Source of the DNA: Camelus dromedarius
Taxonomy: Eukaryota
Assembly: GCF_036321535.1 (NCBI RefSeq)
Contig: NC_087436.1
Span: forward strand, 5,208,001 to 5,272,000
Length of the DNA stretch: 64,000 bases
Direction: 5' to 3'
Position 1 is the stretch's first letter. Every line of letters begins with the position of its first letter. Below the pieces are notes generated by a model, which worked only from the letters and a program-made list of their open reading frames with translations, was not told where the DNA came from and made no database searches. A program made the translations under genes and the position numbers. This document shows positions 37,213 through 51,246 of the stretch, in pieces.

Positions 37213-37702
37213 TTTAGGGAGAGAGTAGCTTGGACCCAGATCATGCCAGTGAATCTGACTTAAAACAAAATAACACGTTTGTTGACTACTTCACCCCAAA
37301 CACTGGGCTAAGCATTTGATGTTTTATCCTCAACAAGGCTGTAAGGCATTAACTTTGGTCATTCACATTCTGGGGGCAGGAAAACTTGCCCAGGGTTACA
37401 GAAGTAGTTTAGAGGAAGAGTGAGGATTCCAGACTCAGGGCCACAGGCACACAACCCCCTCGCAGTGAGGCCTCGGGAAAGAGTCTAGGTCAAGGTTAGT
37501 GATCCTGAGGTCAAGGGCACCTTGGCAGTAGCCACGACCTCAGAGGAGTAAATACTCCTGCTGAGACAGGTTGGGGGGCAAAGGTCAACAAATACATTAC
37601 CTCTGTTTTCAGGTCAGATTCACAGGCATGATCTGACTCCAAGCTACTCTTGCCCTAAATCAGTATATTTAAAAATTTTTGACCATGTCTACAGTAGCAC
37701 AC
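37171..37702. repeat. Inverted repeat, arms 37171-37273 and 37597-37702, ~320-bp spacer
   Basis: Core 37211-37259 matches the reverse complement of 37613-37661 at 44/49 positions; the full arms are roughly 80% identical. Confidence 0.9.
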
Positions 37703-38011
37703 GTGTCCGCAAGGTGTAACAAACCATGGTTTGAGCCAAGCCTTCACGAAGGTGTGTTCTGTGTGCATCATGATGGTTCATGAGGAAAATGAACTGTAGC
37801 TCATTTGAAGCTGGGTGTCTTCAGCTGATCTGTTCACCATCCTGGGGAGGCTGGCACAGGGCTGGGGGGTGGTGGCGGCTGACAGACTCAGCCCCCTTCT
37901 CCCGCAGCACGAGGAGACGGGCAAGTCAGCGCACAGCCTGTGTTGGAGGGGCAGGTGGTCGCTTAGAAAGCAGGACACCTGGTTCGAACTAAGGAGTTGG
38001 TTTAACTTAAA

Positions 38012-38912
38012 TGACCAATAAGCACATGAAAAAAATGCTCCGTATCACTAATTATCAGAGAAATGCAAATCAAAACTACAATAAGATATCATCACCTTAC
38101 ACCAGTCAGAATGGCCATCATTTAAAAGTCCACAAAAGATAAATGCCGGAGAGGCTGTGGAGAAAAGGGAGCCCTCCTGCACTGCTGGTGGGAATGAAGT
38201 TTGATGCAGCCACTGTGGAAAACAATGTGGAGATTCCTCAAAAGACTGAAAATAGGTGTACCCTATGATCCAGCAATCCCACTCCTGGGCATATATCTGG
38301 AGGGAACTCTAATTCGAAAAGACATCTGCACCCCAGTGTTCATAGCAGCACTATTTACAACAGCCAAGACACGGAAACATCCTACATGTCCATCAACAGA
38401 TGACTGGATAAAGAAATTGTGGTATATTTATACAATGGAATACTACTCTGCCATAAAAAATAATAAAATAATGCCATTTGCAACAACATGGGTGGACCTA
38501 GAGATTGACATTCTAAGTGAAGTAAGCCAGAAAGAGAAAGAAAAATATCATATGGTATCACTTATATGTGGAATCTAAAAAAAGGACAAATGAACTTATT
38601 CACAAAACTGAAACAGACTCACAGACACAGAAAACAAACTTATGGTTACCAGGAGGGGAACGAGGTGGGAAGGGATAAATTGGGGGTTTGAGATTTGCAG
38701 ATACTAACTACTATATATAAAACAGATAAACAATAAGTTTCTTGTGTATAGCACAGGGAACTATATTCAATATCTTGTAGTAACTTGTAATGAAAAAGAA
38801 TATGAAAACAAATACATGTATTTATATGTGTGACTGAAACATTATGCTGTACACCAGAAACTGATGCAACATTGTAAACTGACTATGCTTCAATAAAAAC
38901 AAAACAAAACAA
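38012..38912 (+). mobile_element. Young LINE-1 3' fragment (~0.9 kb)
   Basis: ORF 38201-38578 ([15 protein letters not shown]...YDPAIPLLGIY...MEYYSAIK) matches the L1 ORF2 C-terminus; 3' UTR and (AAAAC)n tail follow. Confidence 0.95.
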
Positions 38913-41061
38913 GGAGAGTTGAAAAACAAACAAGAAAGCATGGCATTTCCCTAAGTAAACACAGAGTGAGATACTAACTTCAAAATAACAAAAGTCAAAC
39001 ATTAAGGAAGGAAGGAGGAAAGGGAAGGAAAAAAAGGAAAGCCCGCTCCCCCACTACTCTGGTGAATATCTAATATGTTTCATAAGTCATTTTACTTGTT
39101 CAATAAGATAAAACTATCTCCTTCGAAATCTTCACCCGGAGTTCTCCTTAAAGGGCAGCTCCCTAGTAGAAAACTCACTCCTTCAAACTAAGTAACTTCC
39201 AGGGGTCAAGCTATCCTCTAAAGCTCAAAACACAGTGAAGCTAAATCATAGGAAAACTGACAGAAGAGACTAAAAATGCATTCCCCGTCTACAGTGTGCC
39301 GGGCAGACCGTTCCCGCCTTGACAGACACACGAAGGCAGTTACCAACGACGTTTCCATTGGCCCCACTCATTTCATTTCCAGTTTTCCAGGGACACAGCA
39401 TCAGGCAGTAGCCATCTGAAAACTGGACAAAGGACAAGAGGCATTATCTCAGCCGACCTTCACTCAAGTGGCCTCCTGCTTCAGGTAACTTTCCTGTCGT
39501 GCAAAGCATGCAGACCCACGATTCCCATAACCCACAGAATGCTACCGGCATCCTTTCTGCTCCACCAGCTGGATTTGATGGTTACCAAGAAATACCTGTA
39601 TTTGTTCCCCAAACTGTTCCTATCAATGGTACTTGTTCCTGTAACGCTCCTTACTTATACATTATGTAACCCAGTCAAACAGAGGTGTCGCCTCTTTGAA
39701 AACTTAGATGAACGCGCTTTGGAAGGATTCCATCCCAAATGAGTTACTATACAAAGATGCTGTTCAGGTAGGGATGACAGACAGGGCACAGGAGGGAAAA
39801 ACCTCACAGCATCCTACAGGAATTCTGCACTTCGTCTGCTTCGAAAGGTAGTTTTGAGTTCTCAGGTTGACTTAAAGTCAACTGCAAGTCAACATTAAAG
39901 CATCATGGCTGTGATTCTTGGAAGAAATACATCAAGACTTCAAAGCGGCATATCCTTACTTAAAGAAAAGGTCGTGACCTAAATAAAAAATCAGCCCCAG
40001 GGTGTTCGTAAGCTGGATTCCACTGAATTCTAGGGTTAAAACATACCTGGAAAACATCGCATGCTACTGTATTTTGCTTCTGTAATAGCTTAACCTTACA
40101 AATGGTACAGTTCCGCGGACTATGGAAATATTCCCACATACCATACCTATTGGAACCAAATTACACACATTCTGCATGAGAACAGATCTAGTAGCCCTGA
40201 AGTCATCAGTCTATTCTGGGGAAGTGATGGGCTTTTCAAGCAATCAGTTCTGAATCCTGACATCAGTTTAAAGCTATAGATTATATCTCGGGCTCTCAGC
40301 ATCCTAAAAGTTCATTCGTCTCTGTCTCAGAGGCAGCAGGGCCTTACTCACGGATGTATTTATAGCGACGAGGTTTCCCACACTCACTCTGAATCCCAGG
40401 TCCCGAGGGGTGATGGGCGGTATTATTTTTGGTTTTGTAAGCTTTCGTCTATGATAGATGTCCTCCTCCCAGCTGCAAAGGATGGTTCTGTGCCGCACTA
40501 CTGACTTTCAGATGAAGGAGATGATGAGAAGCTCCCCTCCTGGCTTCAGCTGAAATTCTGAAGCCACCGAGTGATACAAAAATGTGTACTCTCTTGTTCG
40601 TCTCGATGGAGGCGTTTTAAAAACTACAGATTCACAAAACATCCTTTTAACCTTTATTTCTGAGTCTTTTCACAGAACACTTTCATGTACTACCTACTAC
40701 GGTGTCATGCATTTTCATTCAAAAATGTCTTTTGGAGGTCAGGGGGCTGTGTCAGCGTCACTGTCGTGATACTGCCCTATGGAGAGCCACATAAGATGCC
40801 GCCCTTGGGGAAAATCAGGTGGAGGGTACGGGGCTCTTTCTTACAAATGAAGGTCAACTTGCAGTTTTCTCCAAATAAAATGTTAAGAAAAAGTTCTTAC
40901 TGGGGAAAGTTGATTAGGGATATCATACACGGTGGGTGAGATTCATGGTTTGACTATAAATTTTTCCCTATGTATTTGCTCTGCACCTTAGTCAAGCTTC
41001 CTATTTTTCTGAGTTTATTTTCTCCCAGGTAAAATGGGAATAATTTCTCCTAAGAGTTATT

Positions 41062-41220
41062 TATTTAAAAATTAAAAAAAAATTTGTTTTATTTATTTAA
41101 TTTTTAGGGTGGAGGTAATTAGGTTTATTTATTTACTTTGATGGAGGCACTGGGGATTGAAGCCAGGATCTCGTGCCCGCTAAGCATGCGCCCTGCCACG
41201 GAGCTACACTCTCCCCCCTC
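41062..41220 (-). mobile_element. Vic-1-like SINE inserted in a MIR
   Basis: Antisense A/B boxes; TSD AGAGTTATT at 41053-41061 and 41223-41231; MIR-like flanks (GTAAAATGGGAATAAT). Confidence 0.88.
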
Positions 41221-43529
41221 ATAGAGTTATTACAAAGAATAAACAAGATGACCTGTATCTACAACCCAAGCCAGTAGCAGATATTAAAGAAATGGGTCTG
41301 TGTACTTCTATGATCTACGTAGGAAGGCTGGAGTTGTAAAAATCAGCTTAATACAAAACTACAGCTAAAAAACAACATCACACATTTCTCCAAGTCAAAT
41401 GACTTGAGCACCTACTTAAGCTAAATTGCATTTGGCCACTGCCTTGCAGTCTAAATAAAGAAGAAAAAAACAGATGCAAAGGGCCTGCAACAGAAGGTCC
41501 AAGATGGTGCTTCTAAAGCCTTCAGGCCCTTGAATTGCTCAGTGACGCAGAAGGATGTCACACCACTCACACCGCAGGGACTGCGGCCAGCCAGGGCCGA
41601 CAGCGAAGCCCTCCTGGGTAAGGAGGAGTTCCATCGGAAGAGAAAACAGAACCTTTTAGGGTAAATGAAATGCATGATCCCAAGATGTTGGGGAACCGAT
41701 TTAACTCTGCAGTCCAAATGCACAATTCTTAATCAGTACTGTCACTTAATTAATGTTCTGTCACCATCATAGACTTCCGTCAGCTGCACCCTTCCTGACG
41801 TCTGCTCATGGAGTAATTTTTGGAGTTCCCAAAGGTGACAAAGCAGCACAAAAACATTACATTCAGGGGGAAGTCAGGAGAAGACCAAGTCTGAGAGGGG
41901 TCCCCTGGCTTTAAAAACAAAACACCGTCAACCTGGGTGGACCCAGGGGTTCTCTTTACTACTGTGAGCAGCGCTGGGGTTAGAAAACCACAAAGCATCA
42001 CTCATCAGGTTCCCAAAAGAAAGCAAAACATTTCTGTCAGAAGGTTTGAGATGGTTTCTAAAGAATCTCACCCAAAGGACATGTCATGTCTTAACATCGC
42101 CTCACTCAAGCATGGGAGGTCAAGTCTTGGCAGGCACTGTCTCTGTCTCTGGAACAATCCAGTGTCTTTAGCATGTCTTTTCCTAAAACAACTAATTATA
42201 CTTAATACTATTTCATTAACTTAGACCTGGCAGGAAAATGCCTTTAAAAAAAAAGAACTCCATCAGAATGTTATTCTTCTGGAAAAAGGCATTTCCTCTT
42301 TAGCAATGCTATGAAATCTAAAAGCACAATTTCAAAGAAGTCATCAGACCCTTGCACAGGCTGACTTGGAGTTACCCACGCTGAGTCCCAGTTCCCTGCT
42401 CAGATTTCATCTGAAAGTCTTAGATAATTGCCACCTCAGAGCCTTTTCCATTATTCTTCCCAAGGGGCGGGAAAAAAAAAAGAAAAGGCTTTTAATGTAA
42501 ATCTTAGCTTTCTTAAGCAAACCTGCTTTGGAAGTACTTAAGACAATTCATAGAGTATTTTCAGGCAACAGATGACAGCCTTTATCCAGCTCCTGAATTA
42601 CTGCTTGCAGTGGGGAAAGCATTTCCATAACGGCTTTTACTCACACTTACACAAAAGCTGACTTCCTTAACCAGAGTGGAAACACCCAGGCAGGTGCAGA
42701 ACCTCTGCCCTGGGGCCGAGACACCAAGACATCCTGGTGCAGAGATCTCCTCCCCCAGTTCAGCGGGTGTCTTGGGGCCTCCAGGCAGTGATTGTGCAAA
42801 CAACTGCCAAGTAGCATCTCCCTGCCCCACATTAGTCTTATGTGTTTCCACTTGCATCTGCGTGAAATCTTATCAAGAGGCTAGCATATTTCAGACACTG
42901 GGCACAAAGTGCTTAATTTCAAACCAAAAATGCTGTGTCCTCTGTATTCCAGAGTGAGTGACACACCACGTAGGTGCTTCATAGACTTTCCAGGAAGTCT
43001 CGTTTGCCTAGTTAACGCCTGTATTCCAATTTTATTTTCCTATTTCTTTATATGAATTGTAGCCTCCCAGGCTTCCTTGATGATCACTTTCTGAAAAGCT
43101 GCTCTGGGGCTGAAAAGGTCGCTGGGGTGCTTACATGTAACTGTGTAATTTCTCAATAGTGATGGAATTTGACTGATCGGTGAAATCTGATCAGTGAAAT
43201 ATTGACTTCATATGCATTTTTACTTTTTTGCCTTAACACTGTGTTTACTTTGAAAGTGACTCTTAAAGAAATACCTGTCTTGTTTGCATTTTAAAGGGAA
43301 CTGTGTGGAGAGAGGATGATAACCGTTGATATTTATTACCACTAGAATTTTTTTACCAAATTGGTGAATTCTGATTTAGTTCACCAACTTCTCAAAGCTC
43401 CTAAAGTATCCATGACACCATAATCAACAGAAATTACACTCAGGTGTTTTAATGGGAATACATTTGCTTCTCCTTTCTAATATATTTCCCAAACCAGTCT
43501 AGAGGCAGCCTGGCTTTCAACAGAAGTAG

Positions 43530-44080
43530 TGAGGCGGGAAGCCTCATAAAAAGACTGGCAGGACCCCCAAGCAGGGCCACTACTCTCCTGCCAGCACCAT
43601 CCAGCTCCACAGGCTCTATCTCACTTTTTGCCTCTGAAATGGCTTACTTACCCCTAAAATTCTATTGGTTCCCTGAGCTCACTTCTGATTGGTTATTTCC
43701 TTCACTCCTGATTAGTTATTACTCTCACTTCTGATTGGTCCACTTCCCTAACTTCTGATTGGTCCACTTGTAGTACTTCATTTGCATGGAGTTCACTCCT
43801 GATTGGTTATTTCTCTCACTCCTGATTGGTCTATTTCTACAAAGCTTGTTCCTGGTTGGTCAACTTCTGGTATACTTTATTTGCATATGATGTTGCCAAG
43901 TGTAAAACTGGAAGCCTATAAAAGGCCTGTGTAAACCTATAGACGGGGTCCAGAGCTTGGAGTGTTAACTCTTCTGGGCTTGCTGGCATAATAAACCTCC
44001 AACTCGCCGAGTGCTGCTTGGTCTGTTACCCAGAGCCAGGTTGCTGTCACAACTGAGCTGTAACACATTTTTCTGCAATA
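43530..44080 (+). mobile_element. Solo ERV1-type LTR (551 bp)
   Basis: Starts TG; 4-bp TSD GTAG at 43526-43529 and 44081-44084; array of CTGATTGG motifs; TATAAAA at 43917-43923; AATAAA at 43990-43995. Confidence 0.85.
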
Positions 44081-44949
44081 GTAGGAAAACCTTAATTAAT
44101 ATCCTCACTTTTCTGAATTACACTCTGCAAAACGGTGGTAACATTGCATTACGGGGATGAAAGGATATGAAAACACCCCTCAAGCCTAGTGCATCCTTCA
44201 ATATACGTCCATCCTCCTCTGCCTGATTCAACTATTTCCAAGCTGATCACATTACGCACTTCCTTTCCAAAATATGTTTAGAACACACCTGACTTTCAAA
44301 AATCAACCTCTTCAGAAGTACATAACACTGATTGCACTCACCTTTTAGTTTTGTTCTAAGACTGTCACAGGATGTAAAACTGATGGTTATAGTATAGAGA
44401 AAAGCAGATTCATGTGGTTTCAAAGTAACCTTAAATAAACGACACTCCAAGTGTGTCACCTTAGTTAAAGGAATAGGGAAAAGTTGTGAAACTCCAGTTT
44501 TAATGTCTGAAACATTCAAATACACAAATAGCGCTACTCAAGCAGGTGAATATTTGAAGACTGTTTTTAAGGATAGCGTTTTCCCAAATGTATGGATTAT
44601 ATACGGAGTTGTTTGGTTACAACTGATATGTGTAAGGAATAAATCATGGTTGGTGTTCTAGTGGTTACTACTAATACTGAAACACAGTTCAGAAAGTGTT
44701 AAATAGCTAATCAAGCCCTCTTTGCCTCTCTACTGTAAAAAAGTAAATATAATATTAACATAATCAACGCAGAGTAACTTCTGCAGGGGCTAATTTTATC
44801 CGGCCTGGGGGGGATAACGGAAGGTCCTTTCCAAAAGCCAGTTACAGAGGCTGGTATCTGCTCGCACTGAGTCTTTGATATACTGTGCTGACTTTCTCAA
44901 TATTTTGTTGAGCAAATATAACCTTAGTGTTTAATAAGGACTTTGTTAT

Positions 44950-46535
44950 ATGAATAAAGGGAAAAAAAAAGGGAAAAGATTGTGGTGTAGGTTCTGTTCT
45001 AAAGGTATTTTTTAAATGCACAATTAAAGTTAAAGAAAATTGGAAAGGAGCCAACTGAGATAAAATTTTGAAAACGGAAAAGCAGGTGGATGTGGAGACC
45101 TTGCCTTGGTGGATCTGACAGTTCAGCAGGAGGCAAAGCCAGGAATCATCTGTGTTACACGGAAGAACCACCCAAAAGCTCTGGGACCACGTGGCATCAG
45201 GTACCTACGACCCCGGTCATGACAGGGAGGCTGAAAGTGCGAGGACGGGCTGGGATCCCGAAGCCATCAGACGCCCCAGACCGACACCCCTGCTGGGGAG
45301 AAGAATGATGTCCTCCCTGCTCAGACGTGTTCCCTGAACAGAATAAACCTGAGGATCTATGGTCCGGGAAGCCCAGCCGAGCTGGAAGCAGGGATGCTGT
45401 TCTGAATGTGGGGTGTGGAGGAGGCTGAGAAAAAACCTTTCTACTGAACGCTGAGTCTCTCAGTCTTACTCTACGCAGCTCTCAACCCAGAGAACTGGCG
45501 GGGTTATGCCCTCAGAAAAGAGGTGAGAGGAGTCTGGGGGGTTTCAAGAAACTAGCGTGACAGGACAGCTCACAGGACAGCAAACAGCGACGTCAGCAAG
45601 CCCCATCAGGTGCACAGGATGTCCAGTCAGCTTCCAAACAGTCAACTCATTCTAGACTGAGCCACGTATTCAAGTTCGAGGGTTCAATAAAGGCATTTTC
45701 AGTTATGCAAGGTCGCAGACATTTCCTCTTTCTTTTCTTTCCAGGAAATTCATGGGGGCCTTACTCCCTCCACAAACAAGAAGTAAATGAAGAGAGGAAG
45801 ACAGAAGATTCTGCAGACAATGGATGTAACTCACGAAGGTGGCCAAGGAAATACTCAGGACAGGGATGGAGGAGACCCCAGGGATGACAGCTGTGCAGCA
45901 GGTTTGGGGACAACCAGCCCAAAGCGGAGGAGCCCCGACTGTTTCAGCAGGGATTTCTTCCAGAAGATGACACCAGCAGGAAACCTAACACATCTGACTG
46001 TATTGAGCTCCACACCATTTGAGGGATGGTTTGGGGATGAATCGGTGATAAACATAGAGAAAGCTAAGCAAACCCCGAAATGACACAACTCTAGGGAACA
46101 GAAAACACAACACAGGGCAGGAAAGGAAATGGAACCAAAGCTTCATGGCTCAACTGAGAAGAACGATTCTGCGGATACCAGATGCACAGTGCACGTGGGT
46201 CTTCGTGTGATTAGGACCTAGTGGAGGATGGGGTGATGTGAAGAACGGGAGAGCCTCACCTTGCAGAGTCTGAAGTCAATAGATGTGAATCCACAAATAA
46301 TTATTAAAACCAAAGATGCAGGACATCACAAGCAAAGTGCGTGACCTGAGGGTGAAGGTCAGTTCTCAGAGGACCAGATAACAAGAGCTGGGAGGGTCTG
46401 TCTCCAAGGGAGCGGGACAGTGGTCGGGGCAGGGAAAGTGGGGGCGACCGCTGTGTCTGTCACCAGCCCAAGGGAAATAATTGTCTCTTAAAATGACGTA
46501 CACGTATGTGTCAGATGAAAATTAAAATTACATGT
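44950..46535 (+). mobile_element. Possible ancient L1ME/HAL1-like relic
   Basis: Weak resemblance of the 3' end (AATAATTGTCTCTTAAAATGACGTACACGTATG...ATGAAAATTAAAAT) to old L1-related tails; uncertain. Confidence 0.3.
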
Positions 46536-49500
46536 TGAAACAAAGAGGAGGAGAAGGAAACATTTCTCGATGGTTGGCACTGTCTTGTTTACTGAGAGCA
46601 TCTCATACCTGGGAACGAAAGGATATATCGTCCGGAACTGTGCCCTAGTGCCGGACCAGCTCCTGGAACCCCAGGAAAGGCGGCAGGTGGTCATCTGTCC
46701 TGGCTCCACGGGCAACGGACGTGGACAGTTGACAAAACTGACAGGCTTTCACATATAACTTAGAAAAGTCGGTACAATAAATGCAAAGACTAAACACTGA
46801 AATCCATCCATCTAATTCTACCAGGACATCCCACTCTGTCTGCAATCCTGAAAATAGAGAACACATGGGGATGCCAGCTAGAAAATATGCAAGCAGTTTC
46901 CAGTCTGTTCCACAAAATATTCATGCTTGCTTGATTCTAAAAAATATTTCCCCCAAAACTTGCTACATCCTGCCCAATATACAGTGTAGAGCAATTTCTT
47001 CCCCCGAGTTCAGGGTGGAAGTATCTTTCCTAGGTCAGAATCTCTAAGCAAGTTTGATGAAAATGCAGAGAACTGGGCATCGCTCCTGAACCAGAGAATC
47101 CTAATCTCTGACATCTAGTAATATACATTTTAATCAGCTCGTGACAGGTTTTTATAATATAGTTGTTATCAAACTTACACCCGGCAAGTCTCAGGGGTTT
47201 TGTTTGTTTGCTGGTTCTTTTTTTCCCTTTAATCTAAGAGTGATGAGATCCACTCTGCTCTCAATAACTGCCTCTCTTCCTTCTCAAAATCTTTCCCAAC
47301 CACTAACAGGACACAATCACATACTGTATTTTCCACAGGTGTGTCTATTTCTTCTCCAAAACAAGCGAAGTTCTCAGAGACACAGAGCAATAGCATACAC
47401 ATCTTTGAATTATCTCACAATAAAGTATATCATCACATACTCTTCAATAAATTCTGAAAGCATTAACAGGCAAATGGTTGGGGGTATTAAAGAAAAGTAT
47501 TTTATCATTTTAAATTATAACAAACTTACTTCCAGAGGACAGTTCTTCCCATTGGGTTGAGTTGCCGCGTTAACACTAAGCTTTTAAATCTTTGCGGCTT
47601 TAGAGGTAAAATGTGAATCAACTTCTGAGCTTTCAATTAGTCTAAATTCTAATTTACAGCCCCCTTGTATATCAACTTAAAACGGTCTGTCTGCCTTTTA
47701 CCCCTCCTGCTATACTAACAGCTGCCTTTGCTAACTACAAATCACACTGTCTGTGAAATTCATTCTTAGAGGGCCAGGAATTAGGTAGGGCAAAAAGAAT
47801 CAGTAGATACGGAAGAGAGACCATGCTCTTCGCGTGAAAGAGTGCGTGGTGGTCCGGGCGGCGAGGTTGGCTGAAAAAACATCTTAAACATCTCTTAGGC
47901 AAGTAAGAGTTTAGCCTCTGCAAAAACAACTGCATCATTTCTTTGACGCAATAAAATGCTGCCACCTCAAGACTCCCTGCATAAAGATACAAATACATTG
48001 TATATTTTAATAAAAATCGTATCATCCCAAAGCGTGTCAGGCTGCAGTTTAGACATGCAATACTGGAGATACTTCTATGCTCTCTTACCAAAAAATTCAG
48101 AGAACAAAATTTCCTCTTAACTGTCTCAGAAGGTACATGAAACTTTATTTTGAAAGGTTTGAACCTAAAGTTTTACTTGATCAAATCAGTTGAATGTAAT
48201 AATATGGGAGGGCAGGAGTTTGTTACAAGGATTTAGGATTTTTACAAATCCTAAGTATATTATCTGACACTTTTTTCCTGAGGGATTTGGGCTGTGATAT
48301 TTCTCTAAGTGTTGTGTTTTTTTTCCCCCCTAGCCCGGCTGCTTTTTTTTTTTCTTTCCCTGAGAAAGTGAACTAGTGAACCGGATGCCTTGTTTGAGAG
48401 TTGGCTGGAATTTTTCTTACCCTGAACATAAAAGCAAACTTGGCCTCAGGTAAGACTTTTTTTTTTTTTTAATGAGATATTAACACTGATAACCCTACTG
48501 GCAGACCCAGAAGGGATGGGGAAAAATACCCAGCCCTTTCCTTCTTCCCCCAACACCAATATGCACTGAGCTGCTTTGTTCTCTGCATCCTGCATAATTA
48601 ATAACTACTTTGGCAATCGGTCATGCATTCCTTAGTGGCACCTCAAGCATCAAGTGTCCTTCTGAGCCTTTGCCCCGAGAAACCACACACCCTCGGCAGC
48701 CAGCACTGGCCGAGCACGACTTCACCCTCGACCCAAGTCCTTTACAAGATCGCTCTTCAGAAAAACACACAGTTGGGGTTATAACTGACCGCAGAAATAG
48801 TACCCCTCTCTCATGTACATCAGTGTCTGGATGTAATTTCACTAATAAGAATAAAAATATGTGATATCCAACAGGTGCCAGTGGTTATACATATTTAAAA
48901 AGAACAAGTAAAAACCATAAAAACAATAGAAAAAACTGGGAAGCAACTTAAAGCTTTCAGTTCATTCATTCCCCCACCCGCCCCTTTGCAGGCAATAAAG
49001 AAAAAATCTAAATATAAGGAATCTAATGGCATGGAAGCTGTAATTTCCATTGCTTTTCATCTAAATTGATCCATTCATTAGGTTGAAAGTGAGAGCAAAT
49101 ACACTGTTGAAAATACTATGGTATTACTTCTGACCAGAAAGCTTAAGGTGAAAACTCTTAAAAAATAGAATATTCAATCAAACCGTTTTCCAAGAAAGCC
49201 ACAGTAGTTTAAAAACCCTTCAGAATGTTAGCCAGCTTGGAGAAAAAGAAAATCCTCAACTCTCATCACCATTTAAGCAAGTGCGGATTACAAGTAAAAT
49301 TATACTCAAGAAGAATAGTTCTATATAGAGAGGGAAAAAGCTGTAAAAATATTCACATTTGGATTTGTGTATTTCATTTCAAACACGGGTACAGCTTCGT
49401 GAAGTAACCACCTGACAAAACCGTGCGATGTACTTTACACGGAGGCTGAGATTTTTAAAAAAGAATAAAATTTTTTCATAAGGGTTTCTGGTAGTAGGAG

Positions 49501-49970
49501 AAAAGACGGTGCCTCTCAGCTCCTGGAGATTTCTTAACATTTTAAAATCATGGTGCTCATGCTGCAGTCCCCAGAGTAAAACATACGTAATCTACCATAA
49601 ATTACTCCAGAATTAAACAAGAAATGCTCTTCTCCTTCAGAGAGAGCTGAACTGTGCGTGGGGCTCTCATTGTGTGTGGCCTCCAAGCAGAAACAAGCTC
49701 GTACTGTTTTACTTCAGTTTTGCTTCATTTCTTCCCAATCTCTCACTGCTAATCTACCAGGCCTTTTTTTTTCTTCTCTTCCAGCACGAAGGGAACAAAA
49801 ACCAAAGACTAGTTATTAACCCCTTACACATAATCATAAAGCTGAATGTGTTTCGTGTGGCATCAATTTGCATGAATTTCTTTTCTATTATTTACTAACG
49901 GGGCATGACTGGGAAATACTTGTTTCTATAAATAATTTTTGAAAATAGCATGAAAATTCTAAAATTTTAA

Positions 49971-50400
49971 ATTCTGTTTTGTTTTGTTTTCTAATTTTAT
50001 TTTTTATTGAAGTGTAGTTGATTGACAATGCTAGTTTCAGGTGTACAGCAAAGCGATTCAGTTATGCATACATGTACATATATATATTTTCTTTGCAGAT
50101 TCTTTTCCATTATAGGTTATTACAAGGCACTGAATATAGTTCCCCATCCTATACAGTAGGACCTCGTTGTTTATCCATTCTATATATAATAGTGTGTATC
50201 CGCTAATCCCAAACTCCTAATTTATCCCACCTCCCCTTTCCCCTTTTGGTAATCATAGTTTGTTTTCTATGTCTGTGAGTCTGGTTTTGGTTTGTAAGTA
50301 GAATTTATCATTTTTTTTGGATTCCACATAGAAGTGATATCATATGATATCTGTCTTTCTCTGTCCGACTTACTTCACTTAATATGATCATCTCTAAGTC
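49971..50400 (-). mobile_element. LINE-1 3' fragment with TSD
   Basis: Antisense L1 3' UTR; 12-bp TSD CTAAAATTTTAA at 49959-49970 and 50401-50412. Confidence 0.9.
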
Positions 50401-51069
50401 CTAAAATTTTAAGTTTGTATAGTACATCTAGAACTATTTTCCTAAAGCTGCAAACAACTAGCTATAATTTCAGGTGAACATCTTATGCTGAAGTTTTTCT
50501 AAAGTAAAACTTAGCTTGGAATGCCAACTTAAAGTAGCCAAATGGAAAGATAAATTTTATTTATGCCTTATCCTTATTCTAAGGTACCTGGGAATCAAGA
50601 CAAGGATACAGGAAACATATCATTACTAAGGAAAGTGTATCTATGTATAAAAAATATGAAATATATTAGATCAGCATCACTTTGTTCAAAACAGTAAGAA
50701 ACTCCTTAACTACATGCTGTCTCATTCACTAGCTGAGGGAGAAATGGTAGGTGAATCATCTTACAAAGGCAAACATAATTTTTAATGACGTGTGTGGCAA
50801 AGACCGTTTCTGAGAACTTTAATGCCTTAAAGCTCTGCTTCTAAGATATATGGTAATCGGAACCACGGACCCTTAGGGCTTGACTGGAATCGAATATTCA
50901 CCCGTGCTCCCAAGGAAGGCTGCAGGGGTGTCCCCCTTATTTGTTAAATAGAAAGAATATTAAAGTAAGCTCTCTGTCATTATCCCAGAAAAAAAAATGT
51001 GAGTAAACTCAACATTTTTTCTACATGTGAATAGATGCAAATTATTAAGTTAATTATAAAAAGCAGGTA

Positions 51070-51246
51070 AGGGGTGGAGGGTAGAGTTTAGTGGTAAGGT
51101 GGATGCTCAGCATGCATGAGGTCCTGGGTTCAATCCCTGGTACTTCCATTAATTAATTAACTAATTAATTAATTAATAGTATTGCTTCCCTACCCCCAAA
51201 AAACCAAAACAAAGAAACAAACAAAAACCCCAAAACAAACAAACAA
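51070..51246 (+). mobile_element. Vic-1-like SINE
   Basis: GAGGTCCTGGGTTCAATCCCTGG B box, (TAAT)n and (AAAC)n tail; TSD AAAAAGCAGGTA at 51058-51069 and 51247-51258. Confidence 0.9.

Noticed and set aside
38201..38578. 125-aa ORF with intact reading frame
   Set aside because: C-terminus of L1 ORF2 in a 5'-truncated copy; not a host gene and not an autonomous element.
48233..48254. Short perfect hairpin TTAGGATTT-TTAC-AAATCCTAA (similar small palindromes near 16994 and 39867)
   Set aside because: Stems of 6-9 bp are expected by chance in 64 kb, and there is no supporting context.
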